Shown here: positions 1 through 8,899 of the stretch, piece by piece
How positions within the stretch are numbered: position 1 is the stretch's first letter
How the letters are laid out: every line of letters begins with the position of its first letter
Source: Oscillospiraceae bacterium
GTDB lineage: Bacteria > Bacillota > Clostridia > UBA1381 > UMGS1253
Assembly: GCA_015068725.1 (NCBI GenBank)
Contig: SVKA01000003.1
Location: 79,346 to 103,345 of the forward strand
Length of the DNA stretch: 24,000 bases
Reading direction: 5' to 3'
The notes under the pieces: model-generated
What the model was told of the DNA's origin: nothing
Seen by the model: the letters and a program-made list of their open reading frames with translations, nothing else
Databases searched by the model: none
Program-made: the position numbers and the translations under genes

Positions 1-27
1 TAATCAAATGTACTCAAAAAGATGCTT

Positions 28-1194
28 TTATATAAACGCTCTCAGTATTAAAACAAGCTTGTAAAAATAGCTCGCCTTTTTTGTGATTTCTACGCTTGCA
101 TTGGCAATCACATCAAGCGAGGCAAAAGCTTTTTTGTCAAACAATAAATTCACACTCCCGACCAATTGCCCTTGTACCACGGGCGCATCAAGATTTTCGG
201 GCAGATTGTATACCATCTCAAAATCAATTTTTTCATTTTCTTTTATGGGGACACATACACTATCCCCCGCAACAGCGCCGACCAAATCAGAAACTCCTTT
301 TAAAACGGGCAGTGTTTTTAAATACTGTCCTTTTGATACAAGCTTTTGCATTTTATATTCCGAAAAAGCCTTGTTTATAAGTGTTTTGTGGTCATTCCAG
401 TCATCTGCCGCATTTAATGTAACGCATATAGCCTGCCAGCCATCGCGCGTTACGGACGACACAAGACACCTTCCCGTCTTTTTTGTAAAGCCTGTTTTAA
501 TTCCATCGCATCCATCAAAACTACCAAGCAATTTGTTGTGATTTGAAAGGTATATTTTTCTTGCATCGCCTACTGTCTGAGCAGTATATTTTTTCGTAGA
601 AACAATCTGCCTGAATTGTTCGTTTTTGAGTGCATATCTTGTAATCAGTGCAAGCTCGTACGCCGTCGTATAATGATTATCATCATAAAGTCCGTTTGGA
701 TTTGTAAAACTGGTGCTTACCGCACCTATTTTTTGCGCCGTTTCATTCATCATATTTGCAAAATTTTCCACACTGCCCCCAATGTGCTCGGCAAGCACTA
801 CCGCCGCATCATTGCCCGAATTAAGCATAAGCCCGTACACAAGGTCAATTACCTTCATTTTTTCGCCCGCCTTTAAATAGAGTGATGAGCCTTCTGTATA
901 AGAGGCTTTGCGGCTTACTGTTGCAACCGAATTGATATCCGAATTTTCAAGCGCAACAATCGCCGTCATAATCTTGGTTGTGCTTGCCATACCGCGTTTT
1001 GTATGAGCGTTTTTTTCGTATAAAATACGCCCCGTTACAGAGTCAATAACACAATAGCTCGACGCAGAAATTGCCTGTGTGTTTTTGGCATTAAAGGGCA
1101 TAAAACTCAATAAAAAAAGAATGGTAAGCACCAAAACCAAACATTTTCTCACTTTGACATCGCCTCCGCAAGTAATATTTCGTATTTTTACCAT
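28..1194 (-). CDS. Serine-type D-alanyl-D-alanine carboxypeptidase (peptidase S11, PBP5-like), secreted
   Basis: The three PBP active-site motifs are present in order: SxxK (MASTTKIM), SxN (LNSGNDAA) and KTG (GIKTGFT). An N-terminal signal-like hydrophobic segment (LVLVLTILFLLSF...NTQA) and a C-terminal PBP5_C-like extension are also present. The start is uncertain: the ATG at 1194 has no obvious SD, whereas the in-frame GTG at 1152 lies 10 nt downstream of GGAGG (1163-1167 on the complement) and gives a cleaner signal peptide (MRKCLVLVL...). Confidence 0.9.
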   Translation of the reverse strand: MVKIRNITCGGDVKVRKCLVLVLTILFLLSFMPFNAKNTQAISASSYCVIDSVTGRILYEKNAHTKRGMASTTKIMTAIVALENSDINSVATVSRKASYTEGSSLYLKAGEKMKVIDLVYGLMLNSGNDAAVVLAEHIGGSVENFANMMNETAQKIGAVSTSFTNPNGLYDDNHYTTAYELALITRYALKNEQFRQIVSTKKYTAQTVGDARKIYLSNHNKLLGSFDGCDGIKTGFTKKTGRCLVSSVTRDGWQAICVTLNAADDWNDHKTLINKAFSEYKMQKLVSKGQYLKTLPVLKGVSDLVGAVAGDSVCVPIKENEKIDFEMVYNLPENLDAPVVQGQLVGSVNLLFDKKAFASLDVIANASVEITKKASYFYKLVLILRAFI

Positions 1195-1237
1195 TCTATG
1201 TTTTTTTGATATGTGTTATGTTTGGCACACGCAAAAA

Positions 1238-1825
1238 TCACATTTGAGTAAGCATATCCTTCATTTTCATAAGCGCTCTGCCACGATGACTTATGGAGTT
1301 TTTTTCCTCGCTGCTCATACGCGCATATGTCTTTCCAATCTCGTCCGAGCAAAAAACAGGGTCATATCCAAAGCCGCCCTCGCCATCAGGCTCGGTTGTA
1401 ATATAGCCATACGCCTTTCCCTCTGCGACAAGCTCCGTTTTGTCAGGCATAACAAGCGCAACAACACTCACAAAATACGCGCCCCTTTTTTCACGCTCAA
1501 TACCCTGCATATTTCCAAGCAGCTTTGCTATAAGCATATCGTCACTTGCACCTTCGCCCGCATAGCGCGCCGAATATACCCCCGGCTCACCGCCGAGTAC
1601 ATCTACACACAAACCCGAATCGTCCGCAATTACTGCAAAATTTGTAAGAGCGGCAACCGCGCGCGCCTTTAAAAGTGCGTTTTCTTCAAACGTTGTTCCC
1701 GTTTCCTCAACGTCAATTTCAATTCCTATCTGATTAAGACTTACTACCTCATATCCAAGCCCACCAAGTATTGCATTTATCTCTTTTAATTTTCCTTTGT
1801 TATTCGTCGCTGCAACAATTTTCAT
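1238..1825 (-). CDS. rdgB: Non-canonical purine NTP pyrophosphatase (dITP/XTP diphosphatase, RdgB/HAM1 family)
   Basis: The N-terminus MKIVAATNNKGKLKEI is typical of the family, as are the ETGxTFEENA block and the C-terminal FGYDPVF...SHRGRAL signature. I use the ATG at 1825 rather than the ORF-track start at 1900. It is preceded by AAGGAGA (complement of 1832-1838), and a promoter-like element lies inside the 1826-1900 extension. Confidence 0.92.
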   Translation of the reverse strand: MKIVAATNNKGKLKEINAILGGLGYEVVSLNQIGIEIDVEETGTTFEENALLKARAVAALTNFAVIADDSGLCVDVLGGEPGVYSARYAGEGASDDMLIAKLLGNMQGIEREKRGAYFVSVVALVMPDKTELVAEGKAYGYITTEPDGEGGFGYDPVFCSDEIGKTYARMSSEEKNSISHRGRALMKMKDMLTQM

Positions 1826-1858
1826 TGTACTAATCTCCTTTTTGTGTTCTATGCATTT

Positions 1859-1887
1859 ATAATATATTCTTTTTGATTGTTTTGCAA
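1859..1887 (-). promoter_or_regulatory. Candidate sigma-A-type promoter for rdgB (and the downstream carboxypeptidase)
   Basis: On the minus strand: TTGCAA (1887-1882), a 17-nt spacer, then TATTAT (1864-1859). This lies about 35 nt upstream of the 1825 ATG. Confidence 0.4.
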
Positions 1888-1959
1888 GCAAAATTTTCAA
1901 ACATATTCCTTATCTTGTGTAAGTTTACAAAAAATTTAAAATTAAATTCATATTATATA

Positions 1960-1988
1960 TTGCACTTTTGAAAAAAATAGTGTAAAAT
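1960..1988 (+). promoter_or_regulatory. Candidate sigma-A-type promoter for the zinc-ribbon/propeller gene
   Basis: TTGCAC (1960-1965), a 17-nt spacer, then TAAAAT (1983-1988). It lies in the AT-rich divergent intergenic region, about 55 nt upstream of the ATG at 2044. Confidence 0.45.
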
Positions 1989-2043
1989 TAATGGTGCTGG
2001 TTATGTAGGTAATTATATTTTATAAAACGAGAGGAAGTATGTT

Positions 2044-3882
2044 ATGATTTGTAAAAATTGTTCCCACGAAAACGCACCTGAAGAAAAGGTGTGCACAAAT
2101 TGCGGTACACCGCTCACAGAGGAAACAGAAATCGATGTAATTGAAGAAAACACAGAAACAACAGATGTCGAAGAAATTTCTGAAATTGCAGATGCCGGCG
2201 ATATCGAAGAGATTGAAGAAGCTATTGAAGACGTTGACGTTGTCGAAGAAATCGAAGATATTGCAACCGAAAGCGAAAAGAAGATAAAAAAATCAATTCT
2301 CTCGCCTTTCTCAGGTCTTATTGCTCTTATCATCATTGCAATAGGCTTGTGGGTATCATTCACAGGTATATTTGCGCCAAAATATGACATACCCGTTGAC
2401 CGTTCGGATTTTGATATTACGTATGTAAAAGACGGCTCATTGTATCAAAAGCCCATCTCGGGTTCATCTGTTAAGCTTTCAGAGGCTCTCAGTGCAGATG
2501 GTGAAGGTTTTTCAGGTTACAGCTACACAATAAAGCAATCAAGAGACGGCGAAACAATTTATTTCCTTGAAGGTTTCAGCCAGGAAACATATTCGGGCAC
2601 ACTTTATGTAAGCTATAACGGCAAAACAAAAACAAAAATCGCTGACAATGTTGTTCAGGGATATTCCATATCAGAAAATGGCAAGACGGTAGTATACTTG
2701 TCAAATATTAACCCCGAAACTGCAATAGGTTCGCTTTATTATTACAGAAAAGGCGGCGAGCCGCAGCTTATCGCAAACGCATCACTTTATCAGACATATC
2801 TTGTAAGCCAGAACGGAAAATCCGTAGCTTTTCTTGAAAATGTTGACAGTGAAACAGGCCTTGGCGAGCTATATGTTGTAAAAACAGGCTCAAAGCCCGT
2901 AAAAATTGACGACGGAGTTTCGGTAACCATTAAGCTTTCCGATAAGGGTGAAATCTTTTATCTCAAAAATATGAACGAGATGACATACACATACGATTTG
3001 TACAAAGCTTCTGCATCAAAAGCTCCTTATATGATTTCTTCCGGTGTTACCGAAGGATATATAATGACATCAAGATTTTCAAACAAAATGTGCTATGTAA
3101 CAGTTGACGAAAACGAAACATACAACTTCAATTTTGTTAACGGTACAAAACCATCTGTTGTAATGGAGGATTTGGTAGGCTTCTTTGCAATGGACGTTGA
3201 AAACTCAAATTTCCTTTTGGCAAAAATGCCCGAGGGTGCTGATGAAAACACTGTAAACCCTGATATGTTTATCAAGAAAAAAGGCAAGGATGCAGTTAGC
3301 ATCGCCTCCTCTTTGTCAACTCCTCAGCACGCAACTGCTTCTTATGATATGAAGACAATTTACTATATGAACGAGTATGACAACACGACACAGACAGGCA
3401 CTCTCCATATAAGAAAAGAATCAATTTTCGGCACTGCCAAGGATGAGGTTATTGCTACCGGTGTGAGCGGCTTTACTGCTACAAACGATGGAAAGGTTGT
3501 TTTGTATGTAACAAATATGGACCAGACCACCGGTTATGCTTCTCTTAACGCTTATTCAAAGGGAAAAACAAAGGTTATCTGTGAAAACACATTGCTCTCA
3601 TCATACAAGCTTTCACAAAACGGCAAGGCTGTTATCTATATCGGAGAGCTTGACCCTGAAACATATACAGGAACATTATATGCAGTTTCTTCAACAGGTA
3701 ACGGCAACGCAAAAGCGATTGATACAGACGTATACAGCGCCTTCTATTCAAGAAGCGACAAAAATGCAATATATGTAAAAAATGTTAATTCTGAAACAGG
3801 ACTTGCCGATGTTTATATGTGGAAAGGCAGAGGAACACCCGACGCTATAGATACAGGTGTTGCAGCTGTACTGTTTGAATAA
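2044..3882 (+). CDS. Zinc-ribbon domain membrane protein with an acidic linker and about 10 PD40/TolB-like beta-propeller repeats (function unknown)
   Basis: SD GAGAGGAAG lies upstream of the ATG at 2044. The N-terminus carries CxxC-x10-CxxC (CKNCSHENAPEEKVCTNC). A D/E/I-rich linker covers roughly residues 26-78, followed by one TM helix (LIALIIIAIGLWVSFTGIF). About ten 44-48 aa repeats then follow the pattern Y-x-x-S-x-N-G-K-x-V-x-Y-L...E-T-x-x-G-x-L-Y-x-x-x-x-G-x-x-P-x-x-I. The gene has its own promoter and a strong terminator. Confidence 0.88.
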   Translation: MICKNCSHENAPEEKVCTNCGTPLTEETEIDVIEENTETTDVEEISEIADAGDIEEIEEAIEDVDVVEEIEDIATESEKKIKKSILSPFSGLIALIIIAIGLWVSFTGIFAPKYDIPVDRSDFDITYVKDGSLYQKPISGSSVKLSEALSADGEGFSGYSYTIKQSRDGETIYFLEGFSQETYSGTLYVSYNGKTKTKIADNVVQGYSISENGKTVVYLSNINPETAIGSLYYYRKGGEPQLIANASLYQTYLVSQNGKSVAFLENVDSETGLGELYVVKTGSKPVKIDDGVSVTIKLSDKGEIFYLKNMNEMTYTYDLYKASASKAPYMISSGVTEGYIMTSRFSNKMCYVTVDENETYNFNFVNGTKPSVVMEDLVGFFAMDVENSNFLLAKMPEGADENTVNPDMFIKKKGKDAVSIASSLSTPQHATASYDMKTIYYMNEYDNTTQTGTLHIRKESIFGTAKDEVIATGVSGFTATNDGKVVLYVTNMDQTTGYASLNAYSKGKTKVICENTLLSSYKLSQNGKAVIYIGELDPETYTGTLYAVSSTGNGNAKAIDTDVYSAFYSRSDKNAIYVKNVNSETGLADVYMWKGRGTPDAIDTGVAAVLFE

Positions 3883-3895
3883 TTACTGATTTTTC

Positions 3896-3935
3896 AAAAG
3901 TGCTTTCAGATTGATTTTTGAAAGCACTTTTTTAT
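3896..3935 (+). terminator. Rho-independent terminator of the zinc-ribbon/propeller gene
   Basis: Perfect 13-bp stem: AAAAGTGCTTTCA (3896-3908) pairs with TGAAAGCACTTTT (3919-3931). The loop is 10 nt and a T-run follows. The structure overlaps the ORF-track start of the next ORF (3918), which argues for the later radA start. Confidence 0.85.
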
Positions 3936-3968
3936 AGCTTTTTTATAATTATGAAACGGAGATTAATT

Positions 3969-5336
3969 ATGAAAAATAAACTCATGTTTTTTTGCACAGA
4001 ATGCGGAAACGAATCTTCTAAATGGTATGGAAAATGTCCTGCCTGCGGAGCGTGGAATTCACTCGTTGAGGAAGAATCCGTTACGCGCGCATCATCAAAC
4101 ACAAATAAGCTTGCTGCAAATTCAAGCACATCATCCCCCGAAACACTTGAGCAAATCAGTACCGAGAGCGAACTTCGTTTTTCGTGCGGAATAAGCGAAT
4201 TTGACAGAGTGCTTGGCGGCGGAATAGTAGCAGGCTCTCTCATACTCGTTGGCGGCGACCCCGGAATAGGAAAATCCACCCTTCTGTTGCAAATTTGCCA
4301 GACAATAAAAAATGACGGCAGAATTTTATACGTTTCAGGCGAAGAATCGCAGCGTCAGCTTAAAATGCGTGCCGATCGTCTTGGTGTTACAAACAACAAT
4401 CTTTATATTGTTTCTCAGGTAAATACTGAGCATATAGTAAAAAACATTGATGAGCTTAAACCACAGGTAGTTATAGTCGACTCAATACAGACTATGTACT
4501 CCCCATCGGTCACCTCCGCTCCCGGAAGCGTATCACAAGTGCGCGATGTAACAATGACGCTGATGCGCAAAGCAAAGGAAAACGGAATTTCAATCTTTGT
4601 TGTCGGTCATGTTACGAAAGACGGCGGAATAGCAGGTCCAAAAGTGCTTGAACATATGGTTGACTGCGTGCTCTATTTTGAAGGCGAGCGACATCAAAAT
4701 TACAGAGTACTTCGCGGTGTAAAAAACCGTTTCGGCTCAACAAACGAAATTGGCGTTTTTGAAATGTGTGAATCAGGACTTCGTGAGGTTTTAAACCCGT
4801 CAATAGCTCTTTTGGAAGGCAGACCGACCGAGGTTGCAGGAACAAGCGTTATATGCGCTCTTGAAGGCAGTCGCCCACTTCTTGCGGAGGTGCAGGCGCT
4901 TCTTTCGACCACTGTTTATGGAATGCCAAGGCGCAGCTCTAACGGAATAGACTATAACAGAATTGCTATGCTTATAGCGGTGCTTGAAAAACGCGTAGGC
5001 ATGAACCTTTCAAATCAAGACGCGTATGTAAATGTTGTCGGTGGCATAAAAATTGATGAGCCTGCGGCTGATTTGGGCGTAGCTATGGCTATTGCATCAG
5101 GCTTTCGCTCCTTTACTCTTCCCGAAGATATGGTGTTTATCGGCGAGGTTGGTCTTACGGGTGAAATACGTGCTGTTAACAGACTTATGCAGCGTATAAG
5201 CGAAATTGAAAAGCTTGGTTTTAAACAATGTATGGTGCCGTACAGCAATAAAAATTCGCTTGCAGGCTTTAAGACAAATGTTGAACTTATTTATGTGAAA
5301 AGTGTCGCACAGGCGCTTGCACTTGTGCGTGAATAA
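3969..5336 (+). CDS. radA: DNA repair protein RadA/Sms
   Basis: N-terminal zinc finger CTECGNESSKWYGKCPACGAWNS, Walker A GGDPGIGKST, the RadA-specific KNRFGSTNEIGVFEM motif, and a Lon-protease-like C-terminal domain (GEVGLTGEIRAV). The start is set at the ATG at 3969 (SD ACGGAG), because 3918-3968 lies in or behind the upstream terminator. Confidence 0.95.
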   Translation: MKNKLMFFCTECGNESSKWYGKCPACGAWNSLVEEESVTRASSNTNKLAANSSTSSPETLEQISTESELRFSCGISEFDRVLGGGIVAGSLILVGGDPGIGKSTLLLQICQTIKNDGRILYVSGEESQRQLKMRADRLGVTNNNLYIVSQVNTEHIVKNIDELKPQVVIVDSIQTMYSPSVTSAPGSVSQVRDVTMTLMRKAKENGISIFVVGHVTKDGGIAGPKVLEHMVDCVLYFEGERHQNYRVLRGVKNRFGSTNEIGVFEMCESGLREVLNPSIALLEGRPTEVAGTSVICALEGSRPLLAEVQALLSTTVYGMPRRSSNGIDYNRIAMLIAVLEKRVGMNLSNQDAYVNVVGGIKIDEPAADLGVAMAIASGFRSFTLPEDMVFIGEVGLTGEIRAVNRLMQRISEIEKLGFKQCMVPYSNKNSLAGFKTNVELIYVKSVAQALALVRE

Positions 5337-5347
5337 TTTTAACCTAT

Positions 5348-5396
5348 AAAACCGCATGATATGTCATATTTTAATTGACAAATTCGTGCGGTTTTT
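5348..5396 (+). terminator. Possible weak or atypical terminator after radA
   Basis: AAAACCGCA (5348-5356) pairs with TGCGGTTTT (5387-5395) and is followed by T. The 30-nt loop is non-canonical and contains the -35 box of the next promoter. Confidence 0.3.
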
Positions 5397-5403
5397 ATAT
5401 AAT
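5375..5403 (+). promoter_or_regulatory. Consensus sigma-A/sigma-70 promoter upstream of murJ
   Basis: Exact TTGACA (5375-5380), a 17-nt spacer, then exact TATAAT (5398-5403). The predicted TSS is near 5410. Confidence 0.7.
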
Positions 5404-5470
5404 ATAAGGTAGGTTTTTGTATGCATGGAAGATTATACATGCAAATATACTAAAAAGGTGTGTTCATCAG

Positions 5471-7021
5471 TTGGAAAACACAAAAAAACTTATTAAAACA
5501 GCAGGATTTATGATTGTTGCAACCTTTGCTGCGAAACTGTGCGGAATGCTTCGCGATTCATTTATAGGCGCATTTTTCGGAACAGGCAGCAGCGCCGATG
5601 CATATTTTGCAGCGACAAAGATACCTCTTTTATTTTTTGATGTTGTAATTGGCGGTGTAATTTCGGCAGCATTTATACCTGTTTTTAACGAATATCTTGA
5701 AAAATCAGGCAAAAGGCGTGCAATTGAATTTGCAAACAGATTTATAAATGTGATTTTGGTTATTACGGGTGTTATGTGCGCACTTGGCATAATATTCGCG
5801 CCCCAGCTTGTAGAGCTTATTACGCCAGGGCTTTCGCCTGACACAAAGCTTCTTGCAATAAAATTATCAAATATACTCTTCCCTATGATAATTTTTACGG
5901 GACTTGCCTTTTCGTTTGTGGGAATACTTCAGTCGTTTGGCGAATTTAACATTCCCGCAATAATAAGTCTTGTGTCAAATGGTATGATGATTTTATATCT
6001 TTTGATTTTCAAGGACAAGTTTGGCGTTGTGGGCTTGTCGGTGGCAATGCTTGTCGGCTGGACACTGCAGGCAGCGGTGCAAATTCCGTCTCTCATAAAA
6101 TTCGAATATAAATATTCGCTCGATTTTCATTTTGCTGACGAAGGACTTAAAAAAACGGCTTTGCTCGCCTTGCCGCTTCTTGTAAGCACATGGGTACAGC
6201 CTATCGGCTCGCTTGTGAATATGCGCTTTGCTTCTTCTTTGGGCGAAGGAGTTATGTCGGCGCTTGAATATGCAAACAGACTTTATATAATAATGGTTGG
6301 TGTATTCTCTTTTGTTGTAACAAATCTTGTGTTCCCCTCTCTTTCAAGGGCGAATGCATCAAACAATACAAAAGAGCGCCACGACCTTATGCACGGCGCA
6401 CTAAAGTCCGTAAGCCTTGTAATGTTTCCGCTTATGGCTGGTTTCATTATTTTATCAAAACCCGTTGTATCACTTATATATCAATACGGCGAATTTGACA
6501 CAAACTCCGTATACCTTACATCTACGGCGCTGACCTACTATTCGGTTGGTATGATTGGTTATTCGTATGCAGAGGTTTTAAACAAATCGTTTTTTGCGAT
6601 GCAGGACTCAAAAACGCCAATGATAACGGCGCTTATAAGCATTGGGGCAAATATTGTTTTAAGCTACCTTCTATCAAAAGCTTTTGGCATCGGCGGACTT
6701 GCACTTGCAAGTGCACTTGCATCAACTTTAAATGCCGCACTGAATTTTGTTATGATAAACAAGCGTACAGACGGCATCTTTGACAAAGGTGATGCAGCCG
6801 ATATAATAAAAATTGTATTGAGCGTAATTGTCATGTCGGCAGTTGTGCTTGGAGTATACAGTTTATCGGTTAATATTTTCGGTGATGATTTCATAGGACG
6901 CGCACTAAAACTTATGTTACCTGCAGGAGCAGGCGCGGCTATATATGCACTTATGTGTATTGTTCTGAAGGTAAGCGAAATGACGCTCCTTATCGATACA
7001 TTTTTTCATAAAAAGAGGTGA
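5471..7021 (+). CDS. murJ: Lipid II flippase MurJ (MviN/MOP superfamily)
   Basis: A polytopic membrane protein of MurJ length. Its N-terminus (KTAGFMIVATFAAKLCGMLRDSFIGAFFGTG) aligns by eye with the conserved MurJ start (...SRxLGxxRDxxxAxxFG). The ORF-track start is a TTG at 5417, only about 7 nt from the predicted TSS. I prefer the in-frame TTG at 5471 preceded by AAAAGGTG (5452-5460). An ATG at 5510 would delete the conserved N-terminus. Confidence 0.88.
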   Translation: MENTKKLIKTAGFMIVATFAAKLCGMLRDSFIGAFFGTGSSADAYFAATKIPLLFFDVVIGGVISAAFIPVFNEYLEKSGKRRAIEFANRFINVILVITGVMCALGIIFAPQLVELITPGLSPDTKLLAIKLSNILFPMIIFTGLAFSFVGILQSFGEFNIPAIISLVSNGMMILYLLIFKDKFGVVGLSVAMLVGWTLQAAVQIPSLIKFEYKYSLDFHFADEGLKKTALLALPLLVSTWVQPIGSLVNMRFASSLGEGVMSALEYANRLYIIMVGVFSFVVTNLVFPSLSRANASNNTKERHDLMHGALKSVSLVMFPLMAGFIILSKPVVSLIYQYGEFDTNSVYLTSTALTYYSVGMIGYSYAEVLNKSFFAMQDSKTPMITALISIGANIVLSYLLSKAFGIGGLALASALASTLNAALNFVMINKRTDGIFDKGDAADIIKIVLSVIVMSAVVLGVYSLSVNIFGDDFIGRALKLMLPAGAGAAIYALMCIVLKVSEMTLLIDTFFHKKR

Positions 7022-7027
7022 GCAGTT

Positions 7028-8899
7028 TTGACAAACAGCAAAATTATATCTTTTTTCTGCAACATGTGGCAAATAGTTATTTCGTGGTATAATAACTCCT
7101 TTTCTTCAAAGCTATTAAAAAGAGTTTATGGTGCGGTTTCAAATTCCTGGTCAAACAGTGTATTCGTTCGCAAATTCTACACCACAAACGAGGAAGGTCT
7201 GAAAAAAAGCTTTATATATAAGCTGTTTTATCTGCCATTTGCGTTTTTATCATTGTTTGCATCAAAGTTTTTTGTAAATATATTTGCAAAATTAAAGGCT
7301 ACCCTTGCTTACAAAATCGTATATTGCTTTGTAAACAATCTGCTTGCTGCAAGCACACGCTTTATAGGTGTATTTTTGTTTTGTGCGCTCTCGGTATATA
7401 CAATAGCTGTGCGCAGCTTTTTAAATCCTTTATATATTTGTGCGCTCGTATTTACGCTTTTGTTATGCATATGGGATTTTTCACTTTTGCGCGCACTTTC
7501 ACACAGTATAATTCACAAACTGTTAAAGCTGTTTTTGTCAATAGAGCCGACGTATGATTATTACGACGAAACACAGCTTTATAAGAAAGGCAGACTATAT
7601 ATTGCAGCGGCTTTTGGAATCGTGCTCGGTTTTATATGCGCTTATATCTCCCCCGTTATTGCACTTGGAATCGCAGGTGCACTCGTGGTAATGTTTAATG
7701 TAGAGCTTGGCGTAGCGATAACAGTATTTGCAATTCCGTTTTTACCTACGATGCTGTGTGCAGGACTTGCGATTTTATGCTTTTTCGCACTCTTTATTCG
7801 CAAATGCGCTCGCGGCGACAAACAATGGAAGCTTGATTATGTCGGATTTGCGCTTATTTTGTTTATTGTTATTGTCGGAATATGTTCATTTACATCGGTA
7901 GCACGTGAAAACAGTCTTACAATATACTTTTTATACATCGCTCTTATGAGTTTTTATTTTACAATTGTAAACACAGTAAAAACAAAAGAACAGCTTTATA
8001 CCCTACTTCGTATATTTACCATTTCAGCGCTGTTTGTAGCTGCATACGGAATTATACAGTATATATTCGGTCTTGATATGGACAAGCAGGTATGGATAGA
8101 CGAAGAAATGTTTACCGACATAAAAATGCGTGCATTTTCCACGCTCGAAAATCCAAACGTACTTGGTGAGTATCTTCTTTTGACAATCCCTGTTGCAGTT
8201 GCTTTTATGTGGAGCGAGAAAAAGTTTTTGACAAAGCTTATGTATGCTGCCATAAGCGCAGTTTTGCTTTTGTGTCTTGTGCTCACAATGTCGCGCGGCT
8301 GCTGGATTGGCGTTTTGGTCGTTGCAGCGGTATTTATTACGTTTGTTGACGCAAGATACTGGGCGCTTGGTATTTTAGCATTGTTTTTATTGCCGTCCGT
8401 TTTACCTGCAAGCATATTAAACCGCTTTTTGAGTATAGGCGATCTTGGCGATTCTTCATCGTCGTACAGACTGTATATATGGCTCGGAACGCTTTCGATG
8501 TTAAAAGACTACTGGTTTGTAGGTATAGGTCCCGGCTCGCAGGCATACAACCTTGTGTATCCACGATACGCCTATCCCACGGTAATCGCTCCTCATTCAC
8601 ACAATGTATATCTTCAGCAAATGGTTGAAACGGGTGTTGTGGGTATTGGAGCTTTGATTTTCGTATTAATTGCATTTTTCAGAAATATGAGCAAGAAAAT
8701 TCATATATTCGGCAAAAAATCTGCCGATGCAGTTATGTGCGTGGCAATTTGCGCAGGAGTAGCAGGATTTTTGGTACAGGGCGTATTTGATTATGTATTT
8801 TATAACTACCGAGTATTTATGATGTTCTGGATGTTTTTGGCGTTTGGCGCTTCATTTATCGAAACATCCGAACATAAAAAGGAGGCTAACAATGATTAA
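7028..8899 (+). CDS. O-antigen ligase / polymerase family (Wzy_C domain) polytopic membrane protein, unusually long (623 aa)
   Basis: TTG start 7 nt after AGAGGTG, which overlaps the murJ stop. Many TM helices. Wzy_C-like signatures are MSRGCWIG and the periplasmic-loop motif HSHNVYLQQMVETGVVG. Confidence 0.8.
   Translation: MTNSKIISFFCNMWQIVISWYNNSFSSKLLKRVYGAVSNSWSNSVFVRKFYTTNEEGLKKSFIYKLFYLPFAFLSLFASKFFVNIFAKLKATLAYKIVYCFVNNLLAASTRFIGVFLFCALSVYTIAVRSFLNPLYICALVFTLLLCIWDFSLLRALSHSIIHKLLKLFLSIEPTYDYYDETQLYKKGRLYIAAAFGIVLGFICAYISPVIALGIAGALVVMFNVELGVAITVFAIPFLPTMLCAGLAILCFFALFIRKCARGDKQWKLDYVGFALILFIVIVGICSFTSVARENSLTIYFLYIALMSFYFTIVNTVKTKEQLYTLLRIFTISALFVAAYGIIQYIFGLDMDKQVWIDEEMFTDIKMRAFSTLENPNVLGEYLLLTIPVAVAFMWSEKKFLTKLMYAAISAVLLLCLVLTMSRGCWIGVLVVAAVFITFVDARYWALGILALFLLPSVLPASILNRFLSIGDLGDSSSSYRLYIWLGTLSMLKDYWFVGIGPGSQAYNLVYPRYAYPTVIAPHSHNVYLQQMVETGVVGIGALIFVLIAFFRNMSKKIHIFGKKSADAVMCVAICAGVAGFLVQGVFDYVFYNYRVFMMFWMFLAFGASFIETSEHKKEANND

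Noticed and set aside
83-1672. Long plus-strand ORFs (83-541, 96-380, 616-876, 1079-1672) opposite the carboxypeptidase and rdgB genes
   Set aside because: They lie antisense to genes with unambiguous catalytic motifs. Their products are low-complexity or basic with no motifs, and no SD is present. They are shadow ORFs.
1826-1900. N-terminal extensions in the ORF track (rdgB 1826-1900; radA 3918-3968; GT4 8844-8891; lepA 10949-11029; radical SAM 16913-16927)
   Set aside because: In each case the conserved family N-terminus starts at an internal ATG with a good SD. The extension overlaps the upstream gene, a terminator or a promoter.
2013-2390. 125-aa minus-strand ORF rich in Ser/Ile repeats (SSISSTTSTSSIASSISSIS)
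   Set aside because: It is the antisense reading of the GAA/GAT-rich acidic linker of the zinc-ribbon gene. The repetitiveness is a mirror of that low-complexity region, not an independent gene.
3944-3949. TATAAT hexamer just upstream of radA as a radA promoter
   Set aside because: No -35-like element lies at 16-18 nt spacing; TTGAAA at 3918-3923 is 20 nt away. The resulting TSS would fall on or after the SD. radA may rely on read-through or a weak promoter that I cannot define.
5421-5453. 10-codon uORF (MHGRLYMQIY) in the murJ leader, preceded by AAGGTAGG
   Set aside because: The putative SD straddles the predicted TSS of the consensus promoter. The peptide has no recognisable leader-peptide logic, and I cannot support it without TSS or ribosome-profiling data.
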